From the NCBI GenBank assembly GCA_040767805.1, contig JAXGNU010000001.1, forward strand, positions 64,001 to 128,000: DNA of 64,000 bases, read 5' to 3'. Of this stretch, positions 48,955 to 57,697 are shown piece by piece (positions within the stretch are counted from its first letter, which is position 1; the number at the start of each line of letters is the position of its first letter). This DNA comes from Thermovirgaceae bacterium. GTDB lineage: Bacteria > Synergistota > Synergistia > Synergistales > Thermovirgaceae. The position numbers and the translations under genes were made by a program. The notes under the pieces are model-generated. The model worked only from the letters and a program-made list of their open reading frames with translations. It searched no databases and was not told the DNA's origin.

Positions 48955-49039
48955 GAATATCCCTCCTTGCTCTTTGCCCTACTGTCCCTTTCTTTATCCC
49001 TTCCAGGTCTATGTTACTGCAAAAGGGACGTTTTTGAAC

Positions 49040-49074
49040 ATTGAAGGGAGCCCTATCCAGGCGCTCCCTTCAAT
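49040..49074. repeat. 12-bp perfect inverted repeat between clpP and clpX
   Basis: ATTGAAGGGAGC (49040-49051) / GCTCCCTTCAAT (49063-49074). Confidence 0.85.
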
Positions 49075-49107
49075 TATGAATCGCCGAACCGGTTTAAAAA
49101 AGGCCCT

Positions 49108-49686
49108 TTACCTTTCGGCGATGACCTTGTCGATTATCCCGTAGTTGAGGGCTTCTTCGGCGGACATGTAAAAATCGCGGTCCGTATCGGCCTCGATCTC
49201 CTTCTCCGTTCTGCCGGTGTGCTTTACAAGGATCTCGTGGATCCTGTCCTTGAGCCTCATGATCTCCCGGGCGTGGATCTGGATATCGATCGCCTGTCCC
49301 TGGGCTCCGCCCAGGGGTTGATGAAGCATGATCCTTGAACTGGGGAGCGCGATCCTCTTGCCGGCATCGCCTCCAGCCAACAGGACCGCCGCCATGCTGG
49401 CCGCCTGTCCCACGCATATGGTCGAGACGGGGCACTTGATGTACTGCATCGTATCGTAGATGGCCAGGCCCGATGTGATGATACCGCCGGGGCTGTTGAT
49501 ATAAACGTTGACGTCCTTGTCGGGGTTGTCGCTCTCCAGGAAGAGGAGCTGGGCGACCACCAGGTTTGACAGGTGATCGTCGATGGTTTCACCAATGAAA
49601 ATTATCCTGTCCTTCAGGAGCCGGCTATAAATATCATAGGCCCTCTCCCCCCTGCCGGTCTGTTCAATGACCATCGGAATCAGCAT
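49108..49686 (-). CDS. clpP: ATP-dependent Clp protease proteolytic subunit
   Basis: [29 protein letters not shown]. Confidence 0.97.
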   Translation of the reverse strand: MLIPMVIEQTGRGERAYDIYSRLLKDRIIFIGETIDDHLSNLVVAQLLFLESDNPDKDVNVYINSPGGIITSGLAIYDTMQYIKCPVSTICVGQAASMAAVLLAGGDAGKRIALPSSRIMLHQPLGGAQGQAIDIQIHAREIMRLKDRIHEILVKHTGRTEKEIEADTDRDFYMSAEEALNYGIIDKVIAER

Positions 49687-51053
49687 CAGGATCCCTCCTT
49701 TTCGGTTTCCGTCTCTCCTGTCCCATCGAAGGTACTCTCCAAAGTCCCCTCCTTGACGGCCACTTTTTCCATCAGCCTTTTGACCGCCTTCTTCATCCTG
49801 ACCCGGTGTCGCAGGTCGGCAAGGTCATCGGGATTTTTCAAGAAGAACCCTTTTATTTTATCCCTGTCAATATTGAAGGAACGGGCCATTTCGCCGAACT
49901 CGTCTTCGAGGTCGCTTTCGACCACTTGGATCATCTCCATTTCGGCCAGGGCGTCCATGACCAGGGACCTCCGGACCTCCTCTTCGGCCCCCCCGACCGC
50001 TTCCGCCTCCAACTTTTCCCCTTCCAGCCCCTCTTGAGCGACGTACTCTTCGAAGGTCTTTCCGGTCTTTCTACTTACGTTTTCGTGCAGGTTCTTGAGG
50101 ATCCTGGTCTTATGCCTCTGGACCAGGCTGTCGGGTACATCGACCTGGGATCGCTGGACCAAAAGGTCGAGGGCTTCCCTCTCGGCCCTTTGCAGGCTTT
50201 CGGCGAGAAGATTCTCCTGCAGTTTCTCACTGATCTTCACGCGGAAACCCTCTTCATCCAGGTCCGACTCACCGACGACTTTCTCAAAGAAGGGCCCGGA
50301 CATCTCCGGCAGGATCTTTCGGGCCACGGAGAGGACCTCGATCTTGTAGCGCAACGTCCTTTTGTCGCCGTCATCCTCGGGAGATACCCTGACATCGACC
50401 TCGATCCTGTCACCGGGGACCCTATCCAAAAGCGCGGAAAAAAGCTCTTCGGGGAGGGCCTCCCTGCTCAACTCCACCACCGACTTCTGCCTATCGCTCT
50501 CCTTGGGTGCTTCACTGGTTTTTTCCTCGAAGAGGGCCAGGTCGTACACGACCTCCAGGAGGTCACCCTCCATCGATGGCCTGTCGGTGACGGGTTCCCT
50601 CTCCGAGGCGTTATCGCGCAAGGAGGATATGGCCTCTTCGACCATGTCGGAAGTGACCGCAACGTTCTTCCTGGTCACTTGAAGAGTGTCCAGCTCTGGA
50701 AGAATGACCTCGGGCCTGGTCTCGAAGACGAAGGTCATCACCACAGGTTCCCCCTCGACAAGGTTGTCCACATCTACGGAGGGTTCCGAGATCAGGTCCA
50801 GTTCGTACTCCTTGACGACATTATCAATAACGTCGGGGATCATCTTTTCAAGAGCTTCAGTCATTATGGTCTTCATTCCCAGGTGCATCTGGAGCACCTT
50901 CCGGGGAACATGCCCTTTCCTGAAACCTTTGATGTTGGCCTTGGACCTCATGTCTTCCAGGGTCCTCTCAACCCTGGACTGGAAATCCTTCTCCCCGATC
51001 ACGACCTTGATGCTTGTTATGTTCTTCTCCTGCGAAACGATCTCTGACCGCAA
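49686..51053 (-). CDS. tig: Trigger factor
   Basis: GFRKGHVP ribosome-binding signature; tig-clpP-clpX-lon-engB synteny. Confidence 0.93.
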   Translation of the reverse strand: MRSEIVSQEKNITSIKVVIGEKDFQSRVERTLEDMRSKANIKGFRKGHVPRKVLQMHLGMKTIMTEALEKMIPDVIDNVVKEYELDLISEPSVDVDNLVEGEPVVMTFVFETRPEVILPELDTLQVTRKNVAVTSDMVEEAISSLRDNASEREPVTDRPSMEGDLLEVVYDLALFEEKTSEAPKESDRQKSVVELSREALPEELFSALLDRVPGDRIEVDVRVSPEDDGDKRTLRYKIEVLSVARKILPEMSGPFFEKVVGESDLDEEGFRVKISEKLQENLLAESLQRAEREALDLLVQRSQVDVPDSLVQRHKTRILKNLHENVSRKTGKTFEEYVAQEGLEGEKLEAEAVGGAEEEVRRSLVMDALAEMEMIQVVESDLEDEFGEMARSFNIDRDKIKGFFLKNPDDLADLRHRVRMKKAVKRLMEKVAVKEGTLESTFDGTGETETEKEGS

Positions 51054-51113
51054 CAGTCTACAACCCCTTCCCCTTGCCGGCCTTCTGCCGGAGGACGATT
51101 ATTTGAAACAACA

Positions 51114-51141
51114 GGAACCCCTTGGCGCTCCAAGGGGTTCC
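51114..51141 (-). terminator. Hairpin after the tRNA cluster, probable leaky terminator
   Basis: 12-bp stem GGAACCCCTTGG/CCAAGGGGTTCC with 4-nt loop, followed on the minus strand by UGUUGUUU. Confidence 0.6.
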
Positions 51142-51180
51142 CTGAGGGAAAAACAATGAACAGAGGCCAATCATGAAAAA

Positions 51181-51266
51181 TGGTGCGAGAGAGGGGACTC
51201 GAACCCCTATGCCGTAAAGGCACTGGATCCTAAGTCCAGCGTGTATGCCAATTCCACCACTCTCGC
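51181..51266 (-). tRNA. tRNA-Leu(TAG)
   Basis: Cloverleaf with long variable arm, anticodon loop CTTAGGA, CCA end. Confidence 0.95.
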
Positions 51267-51274
51267 AAAGATCT

Positions 51275-51350
51275 TGGTGGGTCATACAGGAATCGAACCT
51301 GTAACCCCCTGATTAAGAGTCAGGTGCTCTGCCAGTTGAGCTAATGACCC
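51275..51350 (-). tRNA. tRNA-Lys(CTT)
   Basis: GGGTCATTAGCTCAA..., anticodon loop CTCTTAA, CCA end. Confidence 0.95.
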
Positions 51351-51386
51351 ACTTGCCAACATTATAGACCAAAAAACGGAGATATC

Positions 51387-51462
51387 TGGTGGGCCATACA
51401 GGAATCGAACCTGTAACCCCCTGATTAAGAGTCAGGTGCTCTGCCAGTTGAGCTAATGGCCC
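51387..51462 (-). tRNA. tRNA-Lys(CTT), second copy
   Basis: GGGCCATTAGCTCAA..., anticodon loop CTCTTAA, CCA end. Confidence 0.95.
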
Positions 51463-51483
51463 CTATATCTCTTCTCCCTTGAC

Positions 51484-51559
51484 TGGCGCGCCCGGCAGGA
51501 TTCGAACCCGCGACCAGCGGATCCGAAGTCCGCCGCTCTGTCCACTGAGCTACGGGCGC
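51484..51559 (-). tRNA. tRNA-Arg(TCG)
   Basis: Anticodon loop CTTCGGA, GGTTCGAATCC T arm, CCA end. Confidence 0.95.
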
Positions 51560-51574
51560 AACGATCCCCAAAAA

Positions 51575-51652
51575 TGGGGTGAGCGAGGGGAATCGAACCC
51601 CCAACCTCTGGAGCCACAGTCCAGCGCTCTGACCAATTGAGCTACGCCCACC
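51575..51652 (-). tRNA. tRNA-His(GTG)
   Basis: Anticodon loop CTGTGGC, encoded G-1 opposite C73, CCA end. Confidence 0.95.
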
Positions 51653-51670
51653 ACATGTCAAAAAGGGCAA

Positions 51671-51747
<77 letters not shown>

Positions 51748-51768
51748 ATCAGTCCTCTTTTGGCAAAC

Positions 51769-51844
51769 TGGAGCGGGAAACGGGATTCGAACCCGCGACC
51801 TACGGCTTGGAAGGCCGTCGCTCTGCCAACTGAGCTATTCCCGC
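51769..51844 (-). tRNA. tRNA-Gly(TCC)
   Basis: GCGGGAA acceptor, anticodon loop CTTCCAA, TCCA end. Confidence 0.95.
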
Positions 51845-51866
51845 AAAGCACTTCCCGGCATTCTGT

Positions 51867-51944
51867 TGGTCGGGGCGAAAGGATTCGAACCTTCGACCCC
51901 CTGCTCCCAAAGCAGGTGCGCTAACCAGACTGCGCTACGCCCCG
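51867..51944 (-). tRNA. tRNA-Pro(TGG)
   Basis: CGGGGCG acceptor, anticodon loop TTTGGGA, CCA end. Confidence 0.95.
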
Positions 51945-51979
51945 AAATGTCAAAAAGGTGCCGGAAAGCATTAATAACC

Positions 51980-52054
51980 TGGTGGAGCTGGGGGGAATCG
52001 AACCCCCGGCCTCTTCCGTGCGAAGGAAGCGCGCTCCCGCTGCGCCACAGCCCC
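51980..52054 (-). tRNA. tRNA-Ala(CGC)
   Basis: G3:U70 pair, anticodon loop TTCGCAC, CCA end. Confidence 0.93.
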
Positions 52055-52074
52055 TTCCTCGAGTGACGGCGACA

Positions 52075-52103
52075 ATTCTAGAGTTGGAACGTATTGTTGT
52101 CAA
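52075..52103 (-). promoter_or_regulatory. Sigma70 promoter of the tRNA cluster
   Basis: TTGACA (52103-52098), 17-nt spacer, TAGAAT (52080-52075), about 20 nt before tRNA-Ala. Confidence 0.85.
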
Positions 52104-52227
52104 GACGAAGGGCTTGTGGGCGGGGCGCGAGGGCCGCCCTGGTGGACAGGATTCACCGGGTCTGGAATATAATCGTCATCATGAAGGGCCGAAGGCGAAG
52201 ACCTGGCGAAAGGGGGGCTCCACGATC

Positions 52228-53895
52228 CTGCAACCGGAGTTATTCGACCTTATTGTCGACTCCATTAGGGACGGGTTCCTGGGCAAACGTTGCACCGGGG
52301 CCGAAAGCGGCGACGGATGGGCATCTCTCTTCTTCGGCCGTGCCATCGAAGGCCTTTACATGCGCTGGAAGGAACCCTTTACCTCGGTCTGTGCCGCCGC
52401 GAAGGAGGACATCGACGAGTTGCTCCTTTCGGAACGGGTGAAGTCCCCACTGAATCCCCTCCTCAAAAAACACATCGTCGGATCCACACTGGCAGGCGTC
52501 ACAAGGTTACGGAACGACAGGATCATAATGCTCAACTTCGCCAGGGGCATTGCCGCGGGGATCACCGCTGAAAAGCTGCTCCTGTGTGAATTTACGGGCA
52601 AACACAACGACCTTGTCCTGCTGGGCGGCGATGGTCTCATCATTGCCACCGGTCCTTCGGGGTCCCACGGCTCTTCGAGGCTCCCGGGAACACCTTATAA
52701 ACCTCCGGAGCGCCCCTTCGCTGAACTCCCCGCCCGGGGTGCCGAAGGTCCCGATTTATATTATTCCCTGGCGGTAATGCCGAAGATGGGCGGAAAACTG
52801 GCGGCATTCCTTCGGGACAAGTGGCACCTTCTCAGCAGCGGCACTTGGGAAGACCTCCTTTTGCCTGGAAGAGAACACGGGCGCGGGGGACCCCTTCCGG
52901 AGCAATGCCTTTTGCAGGAGCTCGGAGGTGAATTATCCTGCTTCGGCACCCTTCTCGGGGAGCCTGTCGCCGCCGGGAGGGAGATCCTGTCTCTTTTGAG
53001 GGAGCGCCACCTCTTGCCGCTGGTCCGTTCAAGGCTTCGGTCAGAGATCGTACTCCTGGAAAAGGAGATCCAAGGGAAGATCAAGAGGATAAAAGCGATC
53101 GAAAGGGGAATGGCCGACCGGGCCGCCCTGGCCCTGAAAGCGATGGAATACAAGAGGGCCGGTGACCTTCTGCTCGCCCATTCCCAAAGGATTCCCAAGG
53201 GGGCAGGGAAGGTGACCCTGCCCTTCTGGACGGAAGAAGGATACCTGGAGGTCGAAATAAAACTGGACCCCGCCCTGACCGTCGCCCGCAACGCCCAGGA
53301 CTACTACCGCAAGTACCGTAAAAGCCGGCTCGACGGCGGGGACCTTGCCGCCCGGTCGGAAAGGGTGGAGTCCTCAAAAAGAGCGCTGTCGGAGTTCCTT
53401 TCGCGGTTGGCCGAAACTCGGACCATGGCGGAAATCCGTATTTTGAAAGACGAGTTGAAGGCGACGGCCTACCCCCCGTTACCGAGGAGGGGTAGCGGAC
53501 CCGTGAAGGAATTCAACTTCAGGGGTTTCAAGGTGCTGGCCGGGACAAACCGGAAGGCCAACAGGAAGGTGACCTTCGTCCTCTCATCACCGGAAGACCT
53601 CTGGTTCCACGCCAGGAACATCCCCGGGGCCCATGTCGTAGTGAGGCTGCCTGGAAAAGCGGCGCCCCCGGGGGAAGTCATCGAATTTGCCTCCTCCCTG
53701 GCCGCTTATTACGGTCGTTCCTCCGAGTCCCTGGCCGTCGCCGTGGACTACACCAGGCGGAAACACGTGAGGCCCATCCCGGGGACGATCTCGGAAGTCA
53801 CCTATTCGAAGGCTCGCACCATCACGGTCTCTCCCGGTCTCTGGGCGAGGCTTCTCCAAGGAAAGACCTCAACTCCTGGTGAAGAAAAGACCTGA
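52228..53895 (+). CDS. rqcH: Ribosome quality control protein RqcH (NFACT/FbpA family)
   Basis: NDRII, EFTGKHND, NAQDYYRKYRK, C-terminal LWFHARNIPGAHV, AAYY, VDYT; start uncertain (the track ORF from 51958 overlaps tRNA-Ala). Confidence 0.88.
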   Translation: MQPELFDLIVDSIRDGFLGKRCTGAESGDGWASLFFGRAIEGLYMRWKEPFTSVCAAAKEDIDELLLSERVKSPLNPLLKKHIVGSTLAGVTRLRNDRIIMLNFARGIAAGITAEKLLLCEFTGKHNDLVLLGGDGLIIATGPSGSHGSSRLPGTPYKPPERPFAELPARGAEGPDLYYSLAVMPKMGGKLAAFLRDKWHLLSSGTWEDLLLPGREHGRGGPLPEQCLLQELGGELSCFGTLLGEPVAAGREILSLLRERHLLPLVRSRLRSEIVLLEKEIQGKIKRIKAIERGMADRAALALKAMEYKRAGDLLLAHSQRIPKGAGKVTLPFWTEEGYLEVEIKLDPALTVARNAQDYYRKYRKSRLDGGDLAARSERVESSKRALSEFLSRLAETRTMAEIRILKDELKATAYPPLPRRGSGPVKEFNFRGFKVLAGTNRKANRKVTFVLSSPEDLWFHARNIPGAHVVVRLPGKAAPPGEVIEFASSLAAYYGRSSESLAVAVDYTRRKHVRPIPGTISEVTYSKARTITVSPGLWARLLQGKTSTPGEEKT

Positions 53896-54760
53896 AGAGC
53901 AAGGGCTCCCCGCTCCTGGGGTGGTCGAATCCGAGGATCCAGGAATGCAGGAAGAGTCGATCCAACCCGTGGGGTGTCTTTCTCCTGGGAGCGTATAGCT
54001 GATCCCCTACCAGGGGGCAACCTATGTGCTTCATGTGGACCCTGATCTGGTGAGTCCTCCCAGTCACCAGGCGACACCTCACCAATGAAAAACCACTCCT
54101 GCTCCAGAGGACCGAGTATTCGGTGACGGCGCTTTTCCCTGAAGAAATGACGGCCATCCTGTAACGGTTCCTGGGGTTTCTCCCGATGGGCAGGTCAATC
54201 TTTCCACGGGTTTTTTTGGGAACACCCCAGACCAGGGCCAGGTACTCCTTCCTGACCCGCCGTTCCTGGAAAGCCCTGGTCAGGATATCGAAGGAGCGGT
54301 CGTTCCGGGCGACCACCATCAGGCCTGATGTAGACGCGTCCAGGCGGTGGACTATTCCAGGCCGTCCCGGCGTTCCCGACCCCGCTATCTCGGGGAATTT
54401 GTCCAGCAGGCCGTGGACCAGGGTGCCCCTCCAATGACCGGGAGAGGGGTGGACGATGAGGCCCGAGGGTTTATCCACGACCAGGATGTCCTCATCCTCC
54501 CATACCACCCCGAAAAAGACCGGCTCCGGTATAAGCTCCCGGGTGGGCCTTGGCTCCAAGGATACGCTGATACCCATGCCGCTGCGGACCACCATCGACG
54601 ACCTGGCCCTCCGGCCCTGTTCGAGCCTCACCTTCCCGTCCCTGATGAGCGCCTGGACCTGGGACCTGGTCCTGTCGAGCTTCCATGTCAGGAAGACATC
54701 GAGCCTCTCGCCATCCAGGTCCTCACCTACGACCAGCGAAAGGGTCTCCTCTTCATCCAT
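53822..54760 (-). CDS. rluD: RluA/RluD-family 23S rRNA pseudouridine synthase
   Basis: S4 domain RLD.FL, VDKPSG, HRLD..TSG, TGRTHQIRVH. Confidence 0.93.
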   Translation of the reverse strand: MDEEETLSLVVGEDLDGERLDVFLTWKLDRTRSQVQALIRDGKVRLEQGRRARSSMVVRSGMGISVSLEPRPTRELIPEPVFFGVVWEDEDILVVDKPSGLIVHPSPGHWRGTLVHGLLDKFPEIAGSGTPGRPGIVHRLDASTSGLMVVARNDRSFDILTRAFQERRVRKEYLALVWGVPKKTRGKIDLPIGRNPRNRYRMAVISSGKSAVTEYSVLWSRSGFSLVRCRLVTGRTHQIRVHMKHIGCPLVGDQLYAPRRKTPHGLDRLFLHSWILGFDHPRSGEPLLFRSFLHQELRSFLGEASPRDRERP

Positions 54761-54785
54761 GTCCCATCCACCCTGGCGCCTTCGC

Positions 54786-57593
54786 TTAACTCGAGCCGTT
54801 CATTCGTTCCAGGACACCCTGGCACCGTTCGCAGACGCCGCGCTCCGGCACTTCCGGAGCCCATCTCCAGCACCTTGGGCATTTCTCTCCCGGTGCTTTC
54901 CTGATATTGAATTCCATCCCCGTCTCCAGGTCCTTCCACGAGAAGCCGACTTCGCCGAAGGACCCTACGACGCGCAAGGAGGATACTATCGACAGGGTCG
55001 CCCATTCCTTTTCGGGCAGAAGCCCCGCCGGGTCCTCCACGGTTTCGCCCCTTAAGATCTCGACCTGCGCGTCGAGGGAGTGGCCGATCACCCCGTTGGT
55101 CCTTGCCGCCTCGAGGGCCCTCGATAGGGCCCCCCTTTGTTCCAGGATCCTTTCCCAGCGGCTGTCCAGCTCTTCATCGATAAGGGTCTCGTCAACACCG
55201 GGCCAGTGGGAAAGAAAGACGCTCTCCGGAATGGAGGGGTCCAGGTTCCTCATCTCCTGCCATACCTCCTCCGAGGTAAAGCTCAGCACCGGGGCCAGCA
55301 TCTCCGTCAAGGCGCGAAGTATTGCCCACAGGGCCGTCTGGCAGCTTCTCCTCGCTTCACCGGCGCGGTCTTCCGCGTAGAGCCGGTCTTTGCGGACGTC
55401 GAGATAGATGGCACTCAACTCGTTCACGCAGAAATGATGGATCATGTAGGCGGGCACGTGGAACTCGAACTCATCGTAGCCCCTGGTCGCCTTCCTTATC
55501 AAGGCCTGTAAGCGGGAAAGGATCCACCGCTCCAGTTCCGGCATCTTCGCGAAAGGCACCAGGTCCTTTCTAGGATCGAAGTCCTTGAGGTTGCCCAGGA
55601 GGAACCGGGCGGTGTTCCTGATCCTCCTGTAGGACTCCACGAGGTTGGACAGTATCTGTTCCGAGATCCTTATATCGTTCCTGTAATCGGTGGAGGCGAC
55701 CCAAAGGCGCAGGATGTCCGCGCCGTACTTCTCGATGATCTCCTGGGGAGCGATGACATTACCCAGGGATTTGGACATCTTTCTCCCCTCACCGTCAACG
55801 ATGAAACCATGGGTGAGGACCATGTCGTAGGGCGCCCTCCCCGTCGTGGCCACCGAGGTCAGGAGGGAGGTCTGGAAATAGCCCCTGTGCTGGTCGCTTC
55901 CCTCGAGGTAGAGGTCGGCGGGCCACTTGAGGTCCTTCCGGGAAGCCAGCACCGCCGCTTGGCTGCAACCTGAATCAAACCAGACGTCCATTATGTCCGA
56001 TTCTTTCCTGAGTTCGCGGCTTCCGCAGTGGGGGCAAAAAGCCAGTTCTCCGAGGATCTGTCCCGGCGAGAGGCGCCACCAGCTGTTGGAACCCTCCCTG
56101 CGGAACAGGTCCTGGACCTTCCTGATCCTGGCGGGGTCGGCCACCAGGCCGCCGCAGTTTTCGCAGTAAAAAGCCGGTATCGGGACCCCCCAGATCCTCT
56201 GCCTGCTTATGCACCAGTCCGATCGCTCCTTGACCATATTGGCGATCCTTTCCTTGCCCCACTCGGGTATCCACCTGACACGGTCGATCTGTTCCAGGGT
56301 ATTCTCCTTGAAAGCGTTGACCGCCACGAACCACTGTTCGGTGGCCCTGAAAATAACGGGCTTCTTGCACCTCCAGCAATGGGGGTAGGAGTGGGTGATC
56401 CTTCCGCTGCCGAGAAGCCTCCCCCTTTCCTTCAAGACGGCCAGGACCTTTTCGGAACCCTCTTCAAGGGAAAGGCCCCCCACGAGTTCCGTACCGGGAA
56501 GGAAATAACCCTTGTCATCTACGGGGTTTAGTATGTCCAGGCCGTACCGTATGCCCGTCTCGAAGTCTTCGGCGCCATGGCCCGGGGCCGTATGGACACA
56601 GCCGGTCCCCTGGTCGAGGCCGACGTATTCGGCGAGGGCGAAGATTATCTCCCTGTCGTCGTAAAAGGGATGCAGGGCGCGGGCCTTGGCTAGGTCCCGT
56701 CCTTTTACGGTGAGGAGGGGTTCCCCAAGTTCGAGGCCCATCACGGACGCGACCTTCCCCTTGAGGGCTTTGGCCATGATGAAGACCCTACCGTCCCGGG
56801 CGGGGATGAAGGCGTAGTCGAAATCAGGATTGATCGCCACGGCAAGGCTTGCGGGGAGGGTCCAGGGAGTGGTGGTCCAGACCACAACGTATACTTCCTT
56901 CCCGCCGATAGCCTCCTGCACCGCGCTGTTGCCCGAAGTGACCAGGGGGTAGGCCACGTAGACCGAGGGCGAGGTTTCGTCCTCGTACTCTATCTCCGCA
57001 GCAGCGAGGGCCGTTTGGCAATCTATGCACCAGAACACTGGCTTGCGCCCCTTGTACACGAGGCCCTTTTCCACCATGTCGGCGAAGACGCCTATCTGGG
57101 CGGCCTCGTACTCCGGCTTGAAGGTTATGTAGGGGTTCTCCCAATCTCCAAGCACTCCAAGCCTTTTGAACTCCGACCTCTGGATATCGATATACTTTTC
57201 GGCGTAACTCATACATTGCTGCCTCAATTCCACGGGATCGATGGTCTCCTTCGATTGCCCGATCTCCTTGAGAACCTTGAGTTCTATGGGCAGGCCATGG
57301 GTGTCCCAACCGGGAACATAGGGAGACTGGAAGCCCGTCATCCACTTGTATTTCGGTACAAAGTCCTTGAGGATCTTGTTAAAAGCCGTCCCGATATGGA
57401 TGTTCCCGTTGGCATAGGGGGGGCCGTCGTGAAGGACGAATTTGACCGCCCCCTCCCTCACGGCCATCAGTGTACGGTAGACCCCCTTCTCCTCCCAGAA
57501 AGCAATGATCCCGGGTTCCTTCTTGACCAGGTTGGCCCGCATGGGGAAAGAAGTATCGGGCAGGTTCAAGGTGTTCTTGTAATCGGTTGACAC
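54786..57593 (-). CDS. ileS: Isoleucine--tRNA ligase (type 1)
   Basis: DYKNTLNLP, HDGPPYANG, WCISRQR, KMSKS, C-terminal CPRCW...CERC zinc finger; GTG at 57593 with AAGGAGG SD. Confidence 0.97.
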   Translation of the reverse strand: MSTDYKNTLNLPDTSFPMRANLVKKEPGIIAFWEEKGVYRTLMAVREGAVKFVLHDGPPYANGNIHIGTAFNKILKDFVPKYKWMTGFQSPYVPGWDTHGLPIELKVLKEIGQSKETIDPVELRQQCMSYAEKYIDIQRSEFKRLGVLGDWENPYITFKPEYEAAQIGVFADMVEKGLVYKGRKPVFWCIDCQTALAAAEIEYEDETSPSVYVAYPLVTSGNSAVQEAIGGKEVYVVVWTTTPWTLPASLAVAINPDFDYAFIPARDGRVFIMAKALKGKVASVMGLELGEPLLTVKGRDLAKARALHPFYDDREIIFALAEYVGLDQGTGCVHTAPGHGAEDFETGIRYGLDILNPVDDKGYFLPGTELVGGLSLEEGSEKVLAVLKERGRLLGSGRITHSYPHCWRCKKPVIFRATEQWFVAVNAFKENTLEQIDRVRWIPEWGKERIANMVKERSDWCISRQRIWGVPIPAFYCENCGGLVADPARIRKVQDLFRREGSNSWWRLSPGQILGELAFCPHCGSRELRKESDIMDVWFDSGCSQAAVLASRKDLKWPADLYLEGSDQHRGYFQTSLLTSVATTGRAPYDMVLTHGFIVDGEGRKMSKSLGNVIAPQEIIEKYGADILRLWVASTDYRNDIRISEQILSNLVESYRRIRNTARFLLGNLKDFDPRKDLVPFAKMPELERWILSRLQALIRKATRGYDEFEFHVPAYMIHHFCVNELSAIYLDVRKDRLYAEDRAGEARRSCQTALWAILRALTEMLAPVLSFTSEEVWQEMRNLDPSIPESVFLSHWPGVDETLIDEELDSRWERILEQRGALSRALEAARTNGVIGHSLDAQVEILRGETVEDPAGLLPEKEWATLSIVSSLRVVGSFGEVGFSWKDLETGMEFNIRKAPGEKCPRCWRWAPEVPERGVCERCQGVLERMNGSS

Positions 57594-57618
57594 GGGCTGT
57601 ACGCCTCCTTCTTTATTC

Positions 57619-57648
57619 AAAAAGGCCGCCAGGTCGAGCCGGCGGCCT
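57619..57648 (-). terminator. Rho-independent terminator-like hairpin immediately upstream of the ileS SD
   Basis: Minus strand AGGCCGCC...GGCGGCCT followed by TTTT. Confidence 0.65.
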
Positions 57649-57697
57649 CACCGACGATCGGGATACTCGGCCCAGGATCACCGGTGCCATGCCCACC

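Noticed and set aside
49806..51047. Long + strand ORFs antisense to housekeeping genes (e.g. 413 aa here, 43342..44466, 38915..39889, 20725..21798, 58559..59479, 4594..5502)
   Set aside because: Typical stop-poor shadow frames of GC-rich genes, with no recognisable motifs
51958..52224. N-terminal extension of the 645-aa rqcH ORF
   Set aside because: Overlaps tRNA-Ala and the tRNA promoter and has no NFACT-like character
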